Of a stretch of DNA of 32,000 bases, positions 9,204 to 17,680 are shown in pieces (the stretch's first letter is position 1; each line of letters opens with the position of its first letter). The notes below the pieces were generated by a model. It did no database searches, was not told the DNA's origin, and was given only the letters and a program-made list of their open reading frames with translations. Source of the DNA: Synechococcus sp. A15-28 (GTDB taxonomy: Bacteria > Cyanobacteriota > Cyanobacteriia > PCC-6307 > Cyanobiaceae); contig NZ_CP047931.1 of assembly GCF_014280175.1 (NCBI RefSeq), positions 240,001 through 272,000 of the forward strand, given 5' to 3'. The translations under genes were made by a program, and so were the position numbers.

Positions 9204-10673
9204 GTGACCGTCGCCCCCGCCCGCAGCTACGACCGCAGCGACTGGGCCAGCGCCTTTGTCAATGTGGAGGAGGAACTCACCGATGTGGCGCTGACGCCGG
9301 TGCGTGGCGCGGTGCCCACGGAGCTTCAGGGCACCCTGTATCGCAATGGACCCGGTCGTCTGGAGCGGGATGGCCATCGGGTGCATCACCCCTTCGATGG
9401 CGACGGCATGATCGCGGCGATGCGGTTTGAGAACGGCAGCGTTTCCCTCAGCAACCGCTTTGTGCGCACCGAGGGTTGGCTGGCGGAGGAAAAGGCCGGC
9501 AAGGTGCTCTACCGAGGCGTGTTCGGCAGCCAGAAACCCGGCGGGCGTCTGGCCAATGCCTTCGATCTGCGCCTGAAGAACATCGCCAACACCAACGTGG
9601 TGCGTCTGGGTGATCAGTTGTTCGCTCTTTGGGAAGCCGCCGAGCCCCATGCCCTCGATCCCCGCAGCCTGGAGACCCGCGGCCTCTCCCGGCTCGATGG
9701 TGTGCTGAAGAAGGGCGAGGCCTTCAGCGCTCACCCGCGCTTCGATCCCGGCCACAACGGCCGGCCCTGCATGGTCACCTTCGGTGTGAAGACCGGGCCC
9801 CGCAGCACCATTCGTCTGATGGAATTCGCCACCGATGGTCCTGATGCCGGTGCGCTGCTGCACGATCGTTCTGACACGTTCCCCGGTTTCGCTTTCCTCC
9901 ACGATTTCGCCATCACCCCCAACTGGGCGGTGTTCCTGCAGAACGCCATCGCCTTCAATCCCTTGCCGTTTGTGACCGGCGAAAAAGGTGCTGCCCAGTG
10001 CCTGGCCTCACAGCCCGGCGGCAAAGGGCGTTTCTGGTTGATTCCGCGCGACTCCGGTCGTTTCGCCGGACAAAAACCCCGCATCCTCGAAGCCCCCGAC
10101 GGCTTCGTCTTCCATCACCTCAACGCCTTTGAGGACGGAGATCATGTGGTGGTGGAAAGCATCGTCTACGACGATTTCCCGTCCATCGGTCCCGATGACG
10201 ATTTCGCGCAGGTGGATTTCGACAAGGTCCCCGAGGGAATCCTGCACCGCTGCCGCCTTGATCTGAGCCGCGAATCGGTGCAGACCGAGCGGATCAGCGA
10301 GCGGACTTGCGAGTTCGCCATGGTGAATCCAGAGCGTCAGGGCCTCAGAGCCCGCTTCGCCTGGATGGCTGTTGCTGAGCGGGAGACAGGCAATGATCCG
10401 TTGCAGGCCATTCAGAAGCTTGATCTGGCTTCCGGCGCCACCCACACCTGGAGTGCTGCCCCCCGTGGTTTCGTGAGTGAGCCGTTGATGGTGCGTAGTC
10501 CAGGTTCGGAAGCTGAGGACGACGGTTGGGTGCTGGATCTGGTGTGGAACGGGGCCCGGGCTGCATCCGATCTGGTGATCCTTAATGCCCGTGATCTGTC
10601 GGAGGTGGCGGTGCTGGAGCTGCCGCTTGCGGTGCCCCATGGCTTGCACGGCAGCTGGGCCGCTGAGTCCTGA
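9204..10673 (+). CDS. carotenoid oxygenase (RPE65/CCD family)
   Basis: ELQGTLYRNGPGRLERDGHRVHHPFDGDGMIAAMRF; SAHPRFDPGHNGRPCMVTFGVK; FAITPNWAVFLQ; HHLNAFEDGDHVVVE. Confidence 0.92.
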   Translation: MTVAPARSYDRSDWASAFVNVEEELTDVALTPVRGAVPTELQGTLYRNGPGRLERDGHRVHHPFDGDGMIAAMRFENGSVSLSNRFVRTEGWLAEEKAGKVLYRGVFGSQKPGGRLANAFDLRLKNIANTNVVRLGDQLFALWEAAEPHALDPRSLETRGLSRLDGVLKKGEAFSAHPRFDPGHNGRPCMVTFGVKTGPRSTIRLMEFATDGPDAGALLHDRSDTFPGFAFLHDFAITPNWAVFLQNAIAFNPLPFVTGEKGAAQCLASQPGGKGRFWLIPRDSGRFAGQKPRILEAPDGFVFHHLNAFEDGDHVVVESIVYDDFPSIGPDDDFAQVDFDKVPEGILHRCRLDLSRESVQTERISERTCEFAMVNPERQGLRARFAWMAVAERETGNDPLQAIQKLDLASGATHTWSAAPRGFVSEPLMVRSPGSEAEDDGWVLDLVWNGARAASDLVILNARDLSEVAVLELPLAVPHGLHGSWAAES

Positions 10674-10686
10674 GGCCCGCCTCGGC

Positions 10687-12234
10687 TCAACTGAGTCCTT
10701 CCCGTTTCGCTTCCTTCCAGGCCAACCGTGGAGCACTCCAGAGGGTGGCCAGCACCAGCGGTGTGACCGGCACCGCGGTGATCACGATGAAGGCCTGCAG
10801 GGCATCGATGGAGGTGCTGTCCCCCAGGCCGCTGCCGATGCGCAGCAGCACAAGTGTGAGGCTGCCGATCATCAAGGCCCAGAACAGTCGCAGGGGGGCC
10901 GGTGGTTCTGTGCGGCCGCTCACCACCATGGCGGCGGCGTAGCTCATGGAATCGGCACTGGTGCACATGAACAGCACCACCAGCACCAGACCGATCGGGA
11001 TCAGAAGGCCTGCCAGGGGGAGTTGGCTGAGGATCGCGAGCAAGGCCGCCGCGGCACCGTTCTGGGCCAGGGCCTCACTGATGCCAGCACCGGCCAGTTC
11101 CAGTTGCAGACCGGTGCCCCCCAGCAGCGTGAACCAGATGTTGGTCACGATCGGGCAGAGAATCGCCACGGCCAGCACCAGCTCGCGGATGGTTCGGCCA
11201 CGGCTGACGCCAGCGGTGAACAGACCCATCAGTGGGGCATAGCCGAGGAACCAGCCCCAGTAGAAAACGGTCCAGCCGTTGATCCAGTTGCCCGGCGCCA
11301 GATTGGGCGTCAGAGCCATCCGCGGCAGGTGGATCAGATACGTCAGGAAGCCGCTGAAAAAGTGCTGGATCAGCCACAGGCCAGGCCCGAGCAGCAGCAG
11401 CCCGGCCGCCATGGTGAGCGTCAGCCAGACATTGAGTTCCGACAGCCACTTGATCCCCTTCTGTATCCCGCTGACGGTGGAGCTGGCGAAGACAGCGGTG
11501 AGCAGCACCACCACCAGCGACTGCAGCCCGGCGCTGTCGCTGAGCCAGGGCAGCTGGCCGGCGGCGTTGCTGAGTTGAAGGGACAGAAACCCAAGGGGGC
11601 CGACGGTGCCGGCAATCGCCGCGACCACGGACAGTCCATCCGCGAGGTGACCGATCGGCCCATCCACCCAGCCCCGCGGCACGATGTTCACCAGCAACGT
11701 GCGTGGCCGCAGTGGCTCGCCCCGACGTTCCAGGATTGAAAAGGTGATCGTGGTGGTGGTGGCCACCAGGGCCCAGGCAAGAAAGCCCCAGTGCAGAAAG
11801 CTCACCGCCAGGGCAGGATCCACTGCTTCCGCGGTCCCCCCTTGGACGCCCGCAAACACGGGTGATGGAGTCTGGAAGTGATACAGCGGTTCGGCAGCGG
11901 ACCAGAAAACGCCACCCCCGGCCAGCAGGGTGCAGATCAGCACCGCGCACCAATCGAACAGTTTCAGACTTGGTTTGGTCTCAGCGCCACCAAGGCGAAC
12001 GTTGCCGACCGGGCTGATGGCAACGACCATAGCGATCACAAAGACCAACAGCACCATCCATTGCCAGAGCCCACCCAGGGCCGTGCTGACCACAGCCTTG
12101 CCGTTGTCGGTGAATTGCTTTGCCAGGGCCAGGTCAATGGCTGACACCACCAGAAAGATCAGCAGTGGCGTGGCACCGACCCAGAGGGGCGGCTGCCGCC
12201 ACCAGGACCGATCGCTCGTGGGATGGATGGTCAT
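10687..12234 (-). CDS. BCCT-family (betaine/carnitine/choline-type) transporter
   Basis: MTIHPTSDRSWWRQPPLWVG...; multiple TM segments; AGGGVFWSAAEPLYHF, WTVFYWGWFLGYAPLMGLFTAGVSRGRTIRELV, FMCTSADSMSYAAAMVVSG. Alternative start at 12255. Confidence 0.92.
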   Translation of the reverse strand: MTIHPTSDRSWWRQPPLWVGATPLLIFLVVSAIDLALAKQFTDNGKAVVSTALGGLWQWMVLLVFVIAMVVAISPVGNVRLGGAETKPSLKLFDWCAVLICTLLAGGGVFWSAAEPLYHFQTPSPVFAGVQGGTAEAVDPALAVSFLHWGFLAWALVATTTTITFSILERRGEPLRPRTLLVNIVPRGWVDGPIGHLADGLSVVAAIAGTVGPLGFLSLQLSNAAGQLPWLSDSAGLQSLVVVLLTAVFASSTVSGIQKGIKWLSELNVWLTLTMAAGLLLLGPGLWLIQHFFSGFLTYLIHLPRMALTPNLAPGNWINGWTVFYWGWFLGYAPLMGLFTAGVSRGRTIRELVLAVAILCPIVTNIWFTLLGGTGLQLELAGAGISEALAQNGAAAALLAILSQLPLAGLLIPIGLVLVVLFMCTSADSMSYAAAMVVSGRTEPPAPLRLFWALMIGSLTLVLLRIGSGLGDSTSIDALQAFIVITAVPVTPLVLATLWSAPRLAWKEAKREGLS

Positions 12235-12238
12235 GCTT

Positions 12239-13429
12239 TCAGGCTCGGACGGCATCGCGCTGGTGGCTCCAGCAGGAAAGGTCAACGGCAGGCTGCTCAC
12301 CGCAGGCCAACCGCGCCAGGGAATCTCCGATCAGCGGTGCGAACTTGAAGGCCTGACCGGAGCCACCGGCGAACAGGCTGAGGCTGGGGCTGAGGCGATC
12401 CAGCACAAAATTCACATCGCTGGCCATGGAGTACGGGCTCATCACCGTTTCCACGCGCTCTTGAACGCCCTCCACGTTGTTGAACAGGAAGGTGTCGAGC
12501 AGTTCCACGAGCCTTGGCGGCGCCTCAGTGGCCATGGCGTTGGGCTCGGCCACGCGGAGCTCCTGGGGCGCCCAGTCGATCCCGGCTTTGATCCGGGGCC
12601 GGCCGTCTTCGGTGTGGCTCAGCACCGGGAATGCGTAGTAGAGACCGCCATCATCGCCCCGTTCGCGCTGGAAGCAGAACCACTGGGGATAACGATCGGC
12701 CAAGGCCGGATCGACGGTGTAGTGGGCCCAGAGCATCGGCCAGACCTCCAGTTTCGGTGCCAGACCCAGGGGGGCCAGCAGCAGCTGACTCCAGATGCCG
12801 CTGGCCACCACCACCTGGCCAGCACCGATGTGATGGCCGTTCTCCAGAGTCACACCGGTCCCGTCGGCATCGATGCCTGCCACGGGGCAATGCTCGATCA
12901 ATTGGTGACCGGCCTGCCGTGCCGTGCGGGTCCAGTGGGCGATCACCTTGTCGCTGCGGACCGCGCCGGCGGTGGGTTCAAACAACCCCGTGAAATCCGA
13001 CTTGGGCTTCAGTGGGAACCGTGATCTGATCGCATCGGCATCAAGGGCTTCATAGGGAATGCCCTGATCGTCCATCACCCGGCGGGCACCGGGGATCGAG
13101 CCTTCAATGGTCTCCTCGTCCCAGCTTTCGCCGTAAAACAGCAGCCCGTGGGTTTCCCGGAGCTGCTCACCGGCATGGGCTTCCTCCTCCCGCCACAGGC
13201 GGTTGGCCTCCTGGGCCAGGCGACAGAGCACCGGGTCGGAGTACATCTCCCGGAACATCCTGGTTTCGCCGAAGCTGCTGGCTTTGGCATGGGCCAGGGT
13301 CTTGGCTTCCAGGAGCACCACATCGTTGATGCCGCGGCGCGCCAGGGAGGCGGCGCAGCTGAGGCCCGCCATGCCGCCACCGACGATGACGATGGCCGCT
13401 TGGGTCGGCAGGGAAGAGGATTGGGTCAT
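12239..13429 (-). CDS. FAD-dependent amine oxidase of the monomeric sarcosine oxidase / N-methyltryptophan oxidase / NikD family
   Basis: Dinucleotide-binding AAIVIVGGGMAGLSCAASLARRG; SSFGETRMFREMYSDPVLCRLAQEANRLW; AGAVRSDKVIAHW; GGSGQAFKFAPLIGDSLARLACGE. Confidence 0.88.
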   Translation of the reverse strand: MTQSSSLPTQAAIVIVGGGMAGLSCAASLARRGINDVVLLEAKTLAHAKASSFGETRMFREMYSDPVLCRLAQEANRLWREEEAHAGEQLRETHGLLFYGESWDEETIEGSIPGARRVMDDQGIPYEALDADAIRSRFPLKPKSDFTGLFEPTAGAVRSDKVIAHWTRTARQAGHQLIEHCPVAGIDADGTGVTLENGHHIGAGQVVVASGIWSQLLLAPLGLAPKLEVWPMLWAHYTVDPALADRYPQWFCFQRERGDDGGLYYAFPVLSHTEDGRPRIKAGIDWAPQELRVAEPNAMATEAPPRLVELLDTFLFNNVEGVQERVETVMSPYSMASDVNFVLDRLSPSLSLFAGGSGQAFKFAPLIGDSLARLACGEQPAVDLSCWSHQRDAVRA

Positions 13430-14484
13430 GGGGTGTCCCCGAAGCTGAGGCCGATGGGATCGGTGGATGGTGTGGCGGCCACTTCGTCCAGGGCGGCGCC
13501 AACGGACAGGCCCTGATCGCGCTGGTTGAGGAAGTCATTGGCTCGTCTGCGGACCTCCTGACGGACGAAGGCGTAAACGTCCGTGGCCCCAGCACCCTTC
13601 CAGGCATCCGGTGAGAAGCGCTCAATCGAGTCGGCGATCACCGCACCGGCGTTCACCAGGGGGTCGGGCAGCACCCGGATTCCCCGGCGCCGCAGGTCAT
13701 CGGCCAGGTGCGGACTCTGGAAAGGGGCATTGGCCGCAGGCACCACGGAGGTGACCCGCAAGGCAGAGGCCATCTCCGCGTTGATCAGGCCGGAAATGGA
13801 ACAGGGCAGCAGCAGGTCGAGTTTCAATTCCCACCAGGGGCAGCCCTGGGCCAGGGGTGTGGCGCCGGGGAACCCTGCGCGTTCGCGGCTGAGATCCACT
13901 GTGAACACGGTCCAGCCATGCTCAACCAGCGTGCGGGCCACGGTGCCGCCCACCGCCCCGCAGCCGTGCACCAGGGCCTGGCCGGGTTTCGCATCTTTGA
14001 GTTCCGCTTCGAGCACCGCTTCCACGGCGCCCAGGGTGCCGTGGGCTGTGGCGGCGCTGGCATCCACCGGGCTGCCGACGGCAGCCAGCACATGGGGCGT
14101 GAGCTCCGTGAGTCGCTCCATGTCCTCGAGGCTGGTGTTGAGATCACATCCGGTGATCATCGCGCCGTCCAGGGACTGCAGCAGTTCTGCGGTCACGTTG
14201 ATCAGCTCATCCTTTACGGCGGCGGGTTCCTTGGCCCGAGCCACGATCTTGCCGCCGGCGAAACCGGTGCCGTAGAGATCGTGCTTGTGGGTCATCAGCC
14301 CGGCCAGCCGCTCGCCGTCGGCGATGCAGGCTTCATCACTGGGGTAGTTCAGCAGCCGCAGGCCACCGTTGGCAGGACGCTTGGCATCGGTGTCCTCGGC
14401 CACCACGAACACCGAGAGATGTTCGGAGACGTGTTCCGCCAGCACCGAAACAGTCGGTGTGGGTCTGGTTGTGGTGGTCGTCAT
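13426..14484 (-). CDS. Glu/Leu/Phe/Val (ELFV) dehydrogenase-like amino acid dehydrogenase
   Basis: MTHKHDLYGTGFAGGKIV (both catalytic-type Lys), MITGCDLNTSLEDMERLTELT, DASAATAHGTLGAVEA, LVHGCGAVGGTVARTL, AANAPFQSPHLADDLRRRGIRVLPDPLVNAGAVI. Confidence 0.87.
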   Translation of the reverse strand: MTTTTTRPTPTVSVLAEHVSEHLSVFVVAEDTDAKRPANGGLRLLNYPSDEACIADGERLAGLMTHKHDLYGTGFAGGKIVARAKEPAAVKDELINVTAELLQSLDGAMITGCDLNTSLEDMERLTELTPHVLAAVGSPVDASAATAHGTLGAVEAVLEAELKDAKPGQALVHGCGAVGGTVARTLVEHGWTVFTVDLSRERAGFPGATPLAQGCPWWELKLDLLLPCSISGLINAEMASALRVTSVVPAANAPFQSPHLADDLRRRGIRVLPDPLVNAGAVIADSIERFSPDAWKGAGATDVYAFVRQEVRRRANDFLNQRDQGLSVGAALDEVAATPSTDPIGLSFGDTP

Positions 14485-15521
14485 CAGGCGACCTTCTCCA
14501 TCATCTGATGGTGCTCGACGTAGTCCAGGCTCCATTCACTCGGAGCTTCGGCGATGCGCTGCTCCAGTCGTGCATAGACCTGATCGGCCACGGCATCTCC
14601 AGCAACGCTGGCAAAGCTGTGACGGCTCCAGCTGCGAATGGTGGCCATCAGTCCAGCGGCAAAGCTGGCGGTGTCACCATCCTCATTCCAACGGCGGCGG
14701 TACGGACATTTCACGTACACCGTGTGCTCGTCGACGAGTCGCAGACCATTGCGGTAAGGAGCCGAAGCGGTGTCCTTCAACGGCGCCATGAATTCTTCAG
14801 GCGACTTGTAGAAGTTCAGGACCGTGCCCTTGCGGTACTGCTCTTCGCTGATCAGGCCCTCATCGGCCATGCCGCGCCAGATCTGATGCAGCTGGTCGTG
14901 AACGTTGCGGGTTTCACCGCCGTTGTGGCCGAGATAGCGCCCTTCACCATCCCGGGACAGGTTCACCGTCAGCAGGCGGCCACCGACTTTGAGTTCCTTG
15001 CTGCGCAGCTCGAGAACGTAGGTCCAGTCCTTGAGTGCTTGGGCCGTGAAGCGCTGGAGGGCTTCTCCATCGCCGGAGGCGAGCACGTGAGTGTGGGTGT
15101 CCAAGGGTCCGGGCGACTCACTCAGCCAGTGCATGGCTGTGGCGGAGAAGCCGAAACTCACGGTGTTCGGTGCCACCGATGGCTCGTAGAAGCTGCGGGC
15201 ACTGACGAGCACGGTCGGCTTGGGGGCCCTGGGGATCTGCAGAGCCAGGTTCTCAGCCAGGGCCACATTGTCGTTGCTCGGCAGGTCATTGCCGATCAGC
15301 GTCAAGTGGGCATCGGGCTGGTTGGCGTGCAGGCGGTCCAGCACCTGATGCCAGAGACCGACGGCAGTGCCGCCATCGGCAGCTCCGTAATCGATCAGAA
15401 CATGACTGTCTTGGGCAGTCAGTTGGTCAACACAAGTCAAGGCCCAGTCCGAGGCGGCTTCGATGCAGAGGAGAGCGCCTTCGGTCTGCGCGCTGTAACC
15501 CGTGGTCATGGCGATGGCCAT
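14484..15521 (-). CDS. SABATH-family (Methyltransf_7-type) SAM-dependent methyltransferase
   Basis: VLIDYGAADGGTAVGLW, LTLIGNDLPSNDNVAL, SARSFYEPSVAPNTVSFGFSATAMHWLSESP, LELRSKELKVGGRLLTVNLSRDG: diagnostic SABATH blocks (NDLPxND; SFY...S..A.HWLS..P). Confidence 0.85.
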   Translation of the reverse strand: MAIAMTTGYSAQTEGALLCIEAASDWALTCVDQLTAQDSHVLIDYGAADGGTAVGLWHQVLDRLHANQPDAHLTLIGNDLPSNDNVALAENLALQIPRAPKPTVLVSARSFYEPSVAPNTVSFGFSATAMHWLSESPGPLDTHTHVLASGDGEALQRFTAQALKDWTYVLELRSKELKVGGRLLTVNLSRDGEGRYLGHNGGETRNVHDQLHQIWRGMADEGLISEEQYRKGTVLNFYKSPEEFMAPLKDTASAPYRNGLRLVDEHTVYVKCPYRRRWNEDGDTASFAAGLMATIRSWSRHSFASVAGDAVADQVYARLEQRIAEAPSEWSLDYVEHHQMMEKVA

Positions 15522-15591
15522 CGACCTTGTCAGCGGCAGTAATTACCGTACAGGACGAATTTGTCAGAGCTTCGTGACAGAGAGCACCTGT

Positions 15592-16167
15592 TTAGGAGAG
15601 CAGGGCTCGTAACCGAGGTTCCAGCAGGGCAAAGGCCCTACCGCGGTGGCCATGGGCTTTCTTGTCGCTCAGTGGCATCTCAGCGAAGGTGAGATCGGTT
15701 CCGCTCACTTCAAAGATCGGGTCGTAGCCAAAACCTCCTTCGCCGCGGGGGAGGGTGGTGATGCGGCCATCACAACGTCCCTCCACCTCAATCAACACGC
15801 TGCCATCGGGAGCGGCAACGCACAGCGCTGCGCAGAACTGCGCGTCACGCTCGCTGGTCTTGGACAGAGCGCTCAAAAGTTTGTTGATTCGTTCCGGGTC
15901 TGTCGGGGCGTACCGGGCTGAGTGCACGCCCGGAGCTCCCCCGAGGGCGTTCACGCTGAGTCCGGAATCATCGGCCAAAGCCCAGTGGCCGGTGGTGGTG
16001 GCCACCGCCTTGGCCTTGATCCGGGCATTGGCTGCAAAGGTGCTGCCGGTCTCTTCGACGTCCATACCCTCGGGCTGAGGCTGGACGTCGAGAGGAAGGT
16101 GTTGGAGCAAGCCCTGAAATTCACGGATCTTGCCGGCGTTTCCGCTGGCGATCACCAGGGTCCTCAT
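15592..16167 (-). CDS. rdgB: RdgB/HAM1-family non-canonical purine NTP pyrophosphatase
   Basis: MRTLVIASGNAGKIREFQGLL; TGSTFAANARIKAKAVATTTGHWALADDSGLSVNALGGAPGVHSARY; GEGGFGYDPIF; FAEMPLSDKKAHGHRGRA. Confidence 0.95.
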   Translation of the reverse strand: MRTLVIASGNAGKIREFQGLLQHLPLDVQPQPEGMDVEETGSTFAANARIKAKAVATTTGHWALADDSGLSVNALGGAPGVHSARYAPTDPERINKLLSALSKTSERDAQFCAALCVAAPDGSVLIEVEGRCDGRITTLPRGEGGFGYDPIFEVSGTDLTFAEMPLSDKKAHGHRGRAFALLEPRLRALLS

Positions 16168-17627
16168 GCGGCCTCGGCGTAATGCTTTGCCCAGGCCAGC
16201 ACAGCGCCGACCCGATCGGCATCCGGGGCTTCGCAATACAGGCGCAAAAGGGGCTCCGTTCCCGAAAAGCGCAGCATCAGCCAATGGCTGGCGCCCATGC
16301 GCAGCTTGATGCCGTCCGTTGTGTTCACCTCAACCACCGCAGCCCCGGCAACCTCCTGGGGGGTGGAGCTCTCCAGCAGGGTCTCCAGGCGCCGCCGGGC
16401 CTCCATGTCCTGAAGCCGCAGGTCCAGCCGGTCGTAGTGGCTGGCACCACCGTGGTGCTGCTGCAGTGCGTCGAGGCGGCTGCCAAGGGGTTGGCCACCT
16501 TCCACCAGGGCTTCCAAGACAAGCATCGCGGCGAACAGGGCGTCCCGTTCCGGCAGGTGCATGCCGAAGCCCACCCCACCGGACTCTTCACCGCCGATCA
16601 GCACCTCACCCGCCAACATCTCGCTGGCGATGTACTTGAAGCCCACTGCCAGCTCGAGGACGTCACGGCCCTGGGCATCCGCCACCAGGCGCATCAGATC
16701 GGAACCGCTCACCGTTTTCACCACCGTTCCAGGCAGCTGGCGGGCCCTGGCGAGATGGTCGATCAGCAGGGGCATCAACAGCTGGGTGCTGCAGAATCGA
16801 CCGTTTTCATCCACCGCGGCGATGCGATCGCCATCACCGTCGAACACCAGTCCCACAGCAGGGGTGCCGGCAGCCGTGGACTGCTGCACCGCTGTGATCA
16901 GGTCGCTGAGATAAGGCGCCAGGGGTTCCGGCGGATGGCCGCCGAACAGGGGATCACGATTGGTGCGGATCTCTTCCACCAGCTCTGAGGCTTCAGGGCC
17001 GAGCAGATCGCTGACACAGCCCGCTGCCGATCCATGCATCGGATCGACGATCACCCGCAGGTTCATCGCTTTGAGACCTGTCACCAAAGCGGTGAGGTCT
17101 AATTTACGACGCAAGCCCTCCAGATGCTCGCCCCGGCCGTCAAAGCAGTGGCTGGTGGCTGCAATGGGTGCGGTGATGCCGCCAGCCGCCAGTCGCCGCT
17201 CCACCGCTGCGGTGAAATCCCCTTCCACCGATCCGCCAAAGGGCCCTTTGATCTTCAGGCCAAGCCATTCGGGGGGGTTGTGGCTGGCGGTGATCACCAA
17301 CGCTCCCAGGGCTTTCCGCTCCACCACAGCCCAGCTGCAGGCGGGCGTGGGAACGGGGGTGGAGGTGAGCAGTGGCTCCAGGTTGCAGCCACGCACGGCG
17401 CTGGCGATGGCTTCCGCCAGTTCCGGCGCCAGGAAGCGGCGATCGAAGCCGATCACCACAGTGCGGCTCCTCAGGCCCTCCGGTGCGCGATGGGTCAGTT
17501 CCTGTGCAGCGGCAGCTGCGACCGGCAGCAGCCGTTCCACGGTGATGTCCACGCCCAGCACGCCGCGCCAGCCGTCGGTGCCGAATTTGATCGGTGCAGG
17601 ACTGAGGCGGAGTGGTGATGACGCCAT
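16164..17627 (-). CDS. phosphoglucomutase/phosphomannomutase family protein
   Basis: IKFGTDGWRGVLG; ALVITASHNPPEWLGLKIK (phosphoserine loop); VFDGDGDRIAAVDENG (metal-binding); GGEESGGVGFGMHLPERD; LRFSGTEPLLRLYCE. 4-bp overlap with rdgB. Confidence 0.95.
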   Translation of the reverse strand: MASSPLRLSPAPIKFGTDGWRGVLGVDITVERLLPVAAAAAQELTHRAPEGLRSRTVVIGFDRRFLAPELAEAIASAVRGCNLEPLLTSTPVPTPACSWAVVERKALGALVITASHNPPEWLGLKIKGPFGGSVEGDFTAAVERRLAAGGITAPIAATSHCFDGRGEHLEGLRRKLDLTALVTGLKAMNLRVIVDPMHGSAAGCVSDLLGPEASELVEEIRTNRDPLFGGHPPEPLAPYLSDLITAVQQSTAAGTPAVGLVFDGDGDRIAAVDENGRFCSTQLLMPLLIDHLARARQLPGTVVKTVSGSDLMRLVADAQGRDVLELAVGFKYIASEMLAGEVLIGGEESGGVGFGMHLPERDALFAAMLVLEALVEGGQPLGSRLDALQQHHGGASHYDRLDLRLQDMEARRRLETLLESSTPQEVAGAAVVEVNTTDGIKLRMGASHWLMLRFSGTEPLLRLYCEAPDADRVGAVLAWAKHYAEAA

Positions 17628-17680
17628 GGCCGTGCGGTCAATGCTGAGGATTTAGCAGCTGGCAGCCGTAAGGTCGGCCC

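Noticed and set aside
10585-11739. 384-aa plus-strand ORF opposite the BCCT gene
   Set aside because: Low-complexity Gln/Arg/His-rich translation, no family motifs, fully antisense to a convincing membrane transporter; a typical GC-driven spurious ORF.
11930-13024. 364-aa plus-strand ORF opposite the BCCT start and flavoenzyme gene
   Set aside because: Antisense to two well-supported genes and lacks recognisable motifs.
13426-15521. Glycine betaine biosynthesis by glycine/sarcosine methylation
   Set aside because: The methyltransferase is SABATH type rather than the glycine-sarcosine or dimethylglycine methyltransferase type, so a betaine synthesis operon is not supported despite the adjacent BCCT carrier.
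14457-15542. 361-aa plus-strand ORF opposite the SABATH methyltransferase
   Set aside because: Mirror-frame ORF; the minus strand carries diagnostic SABATH motifs.
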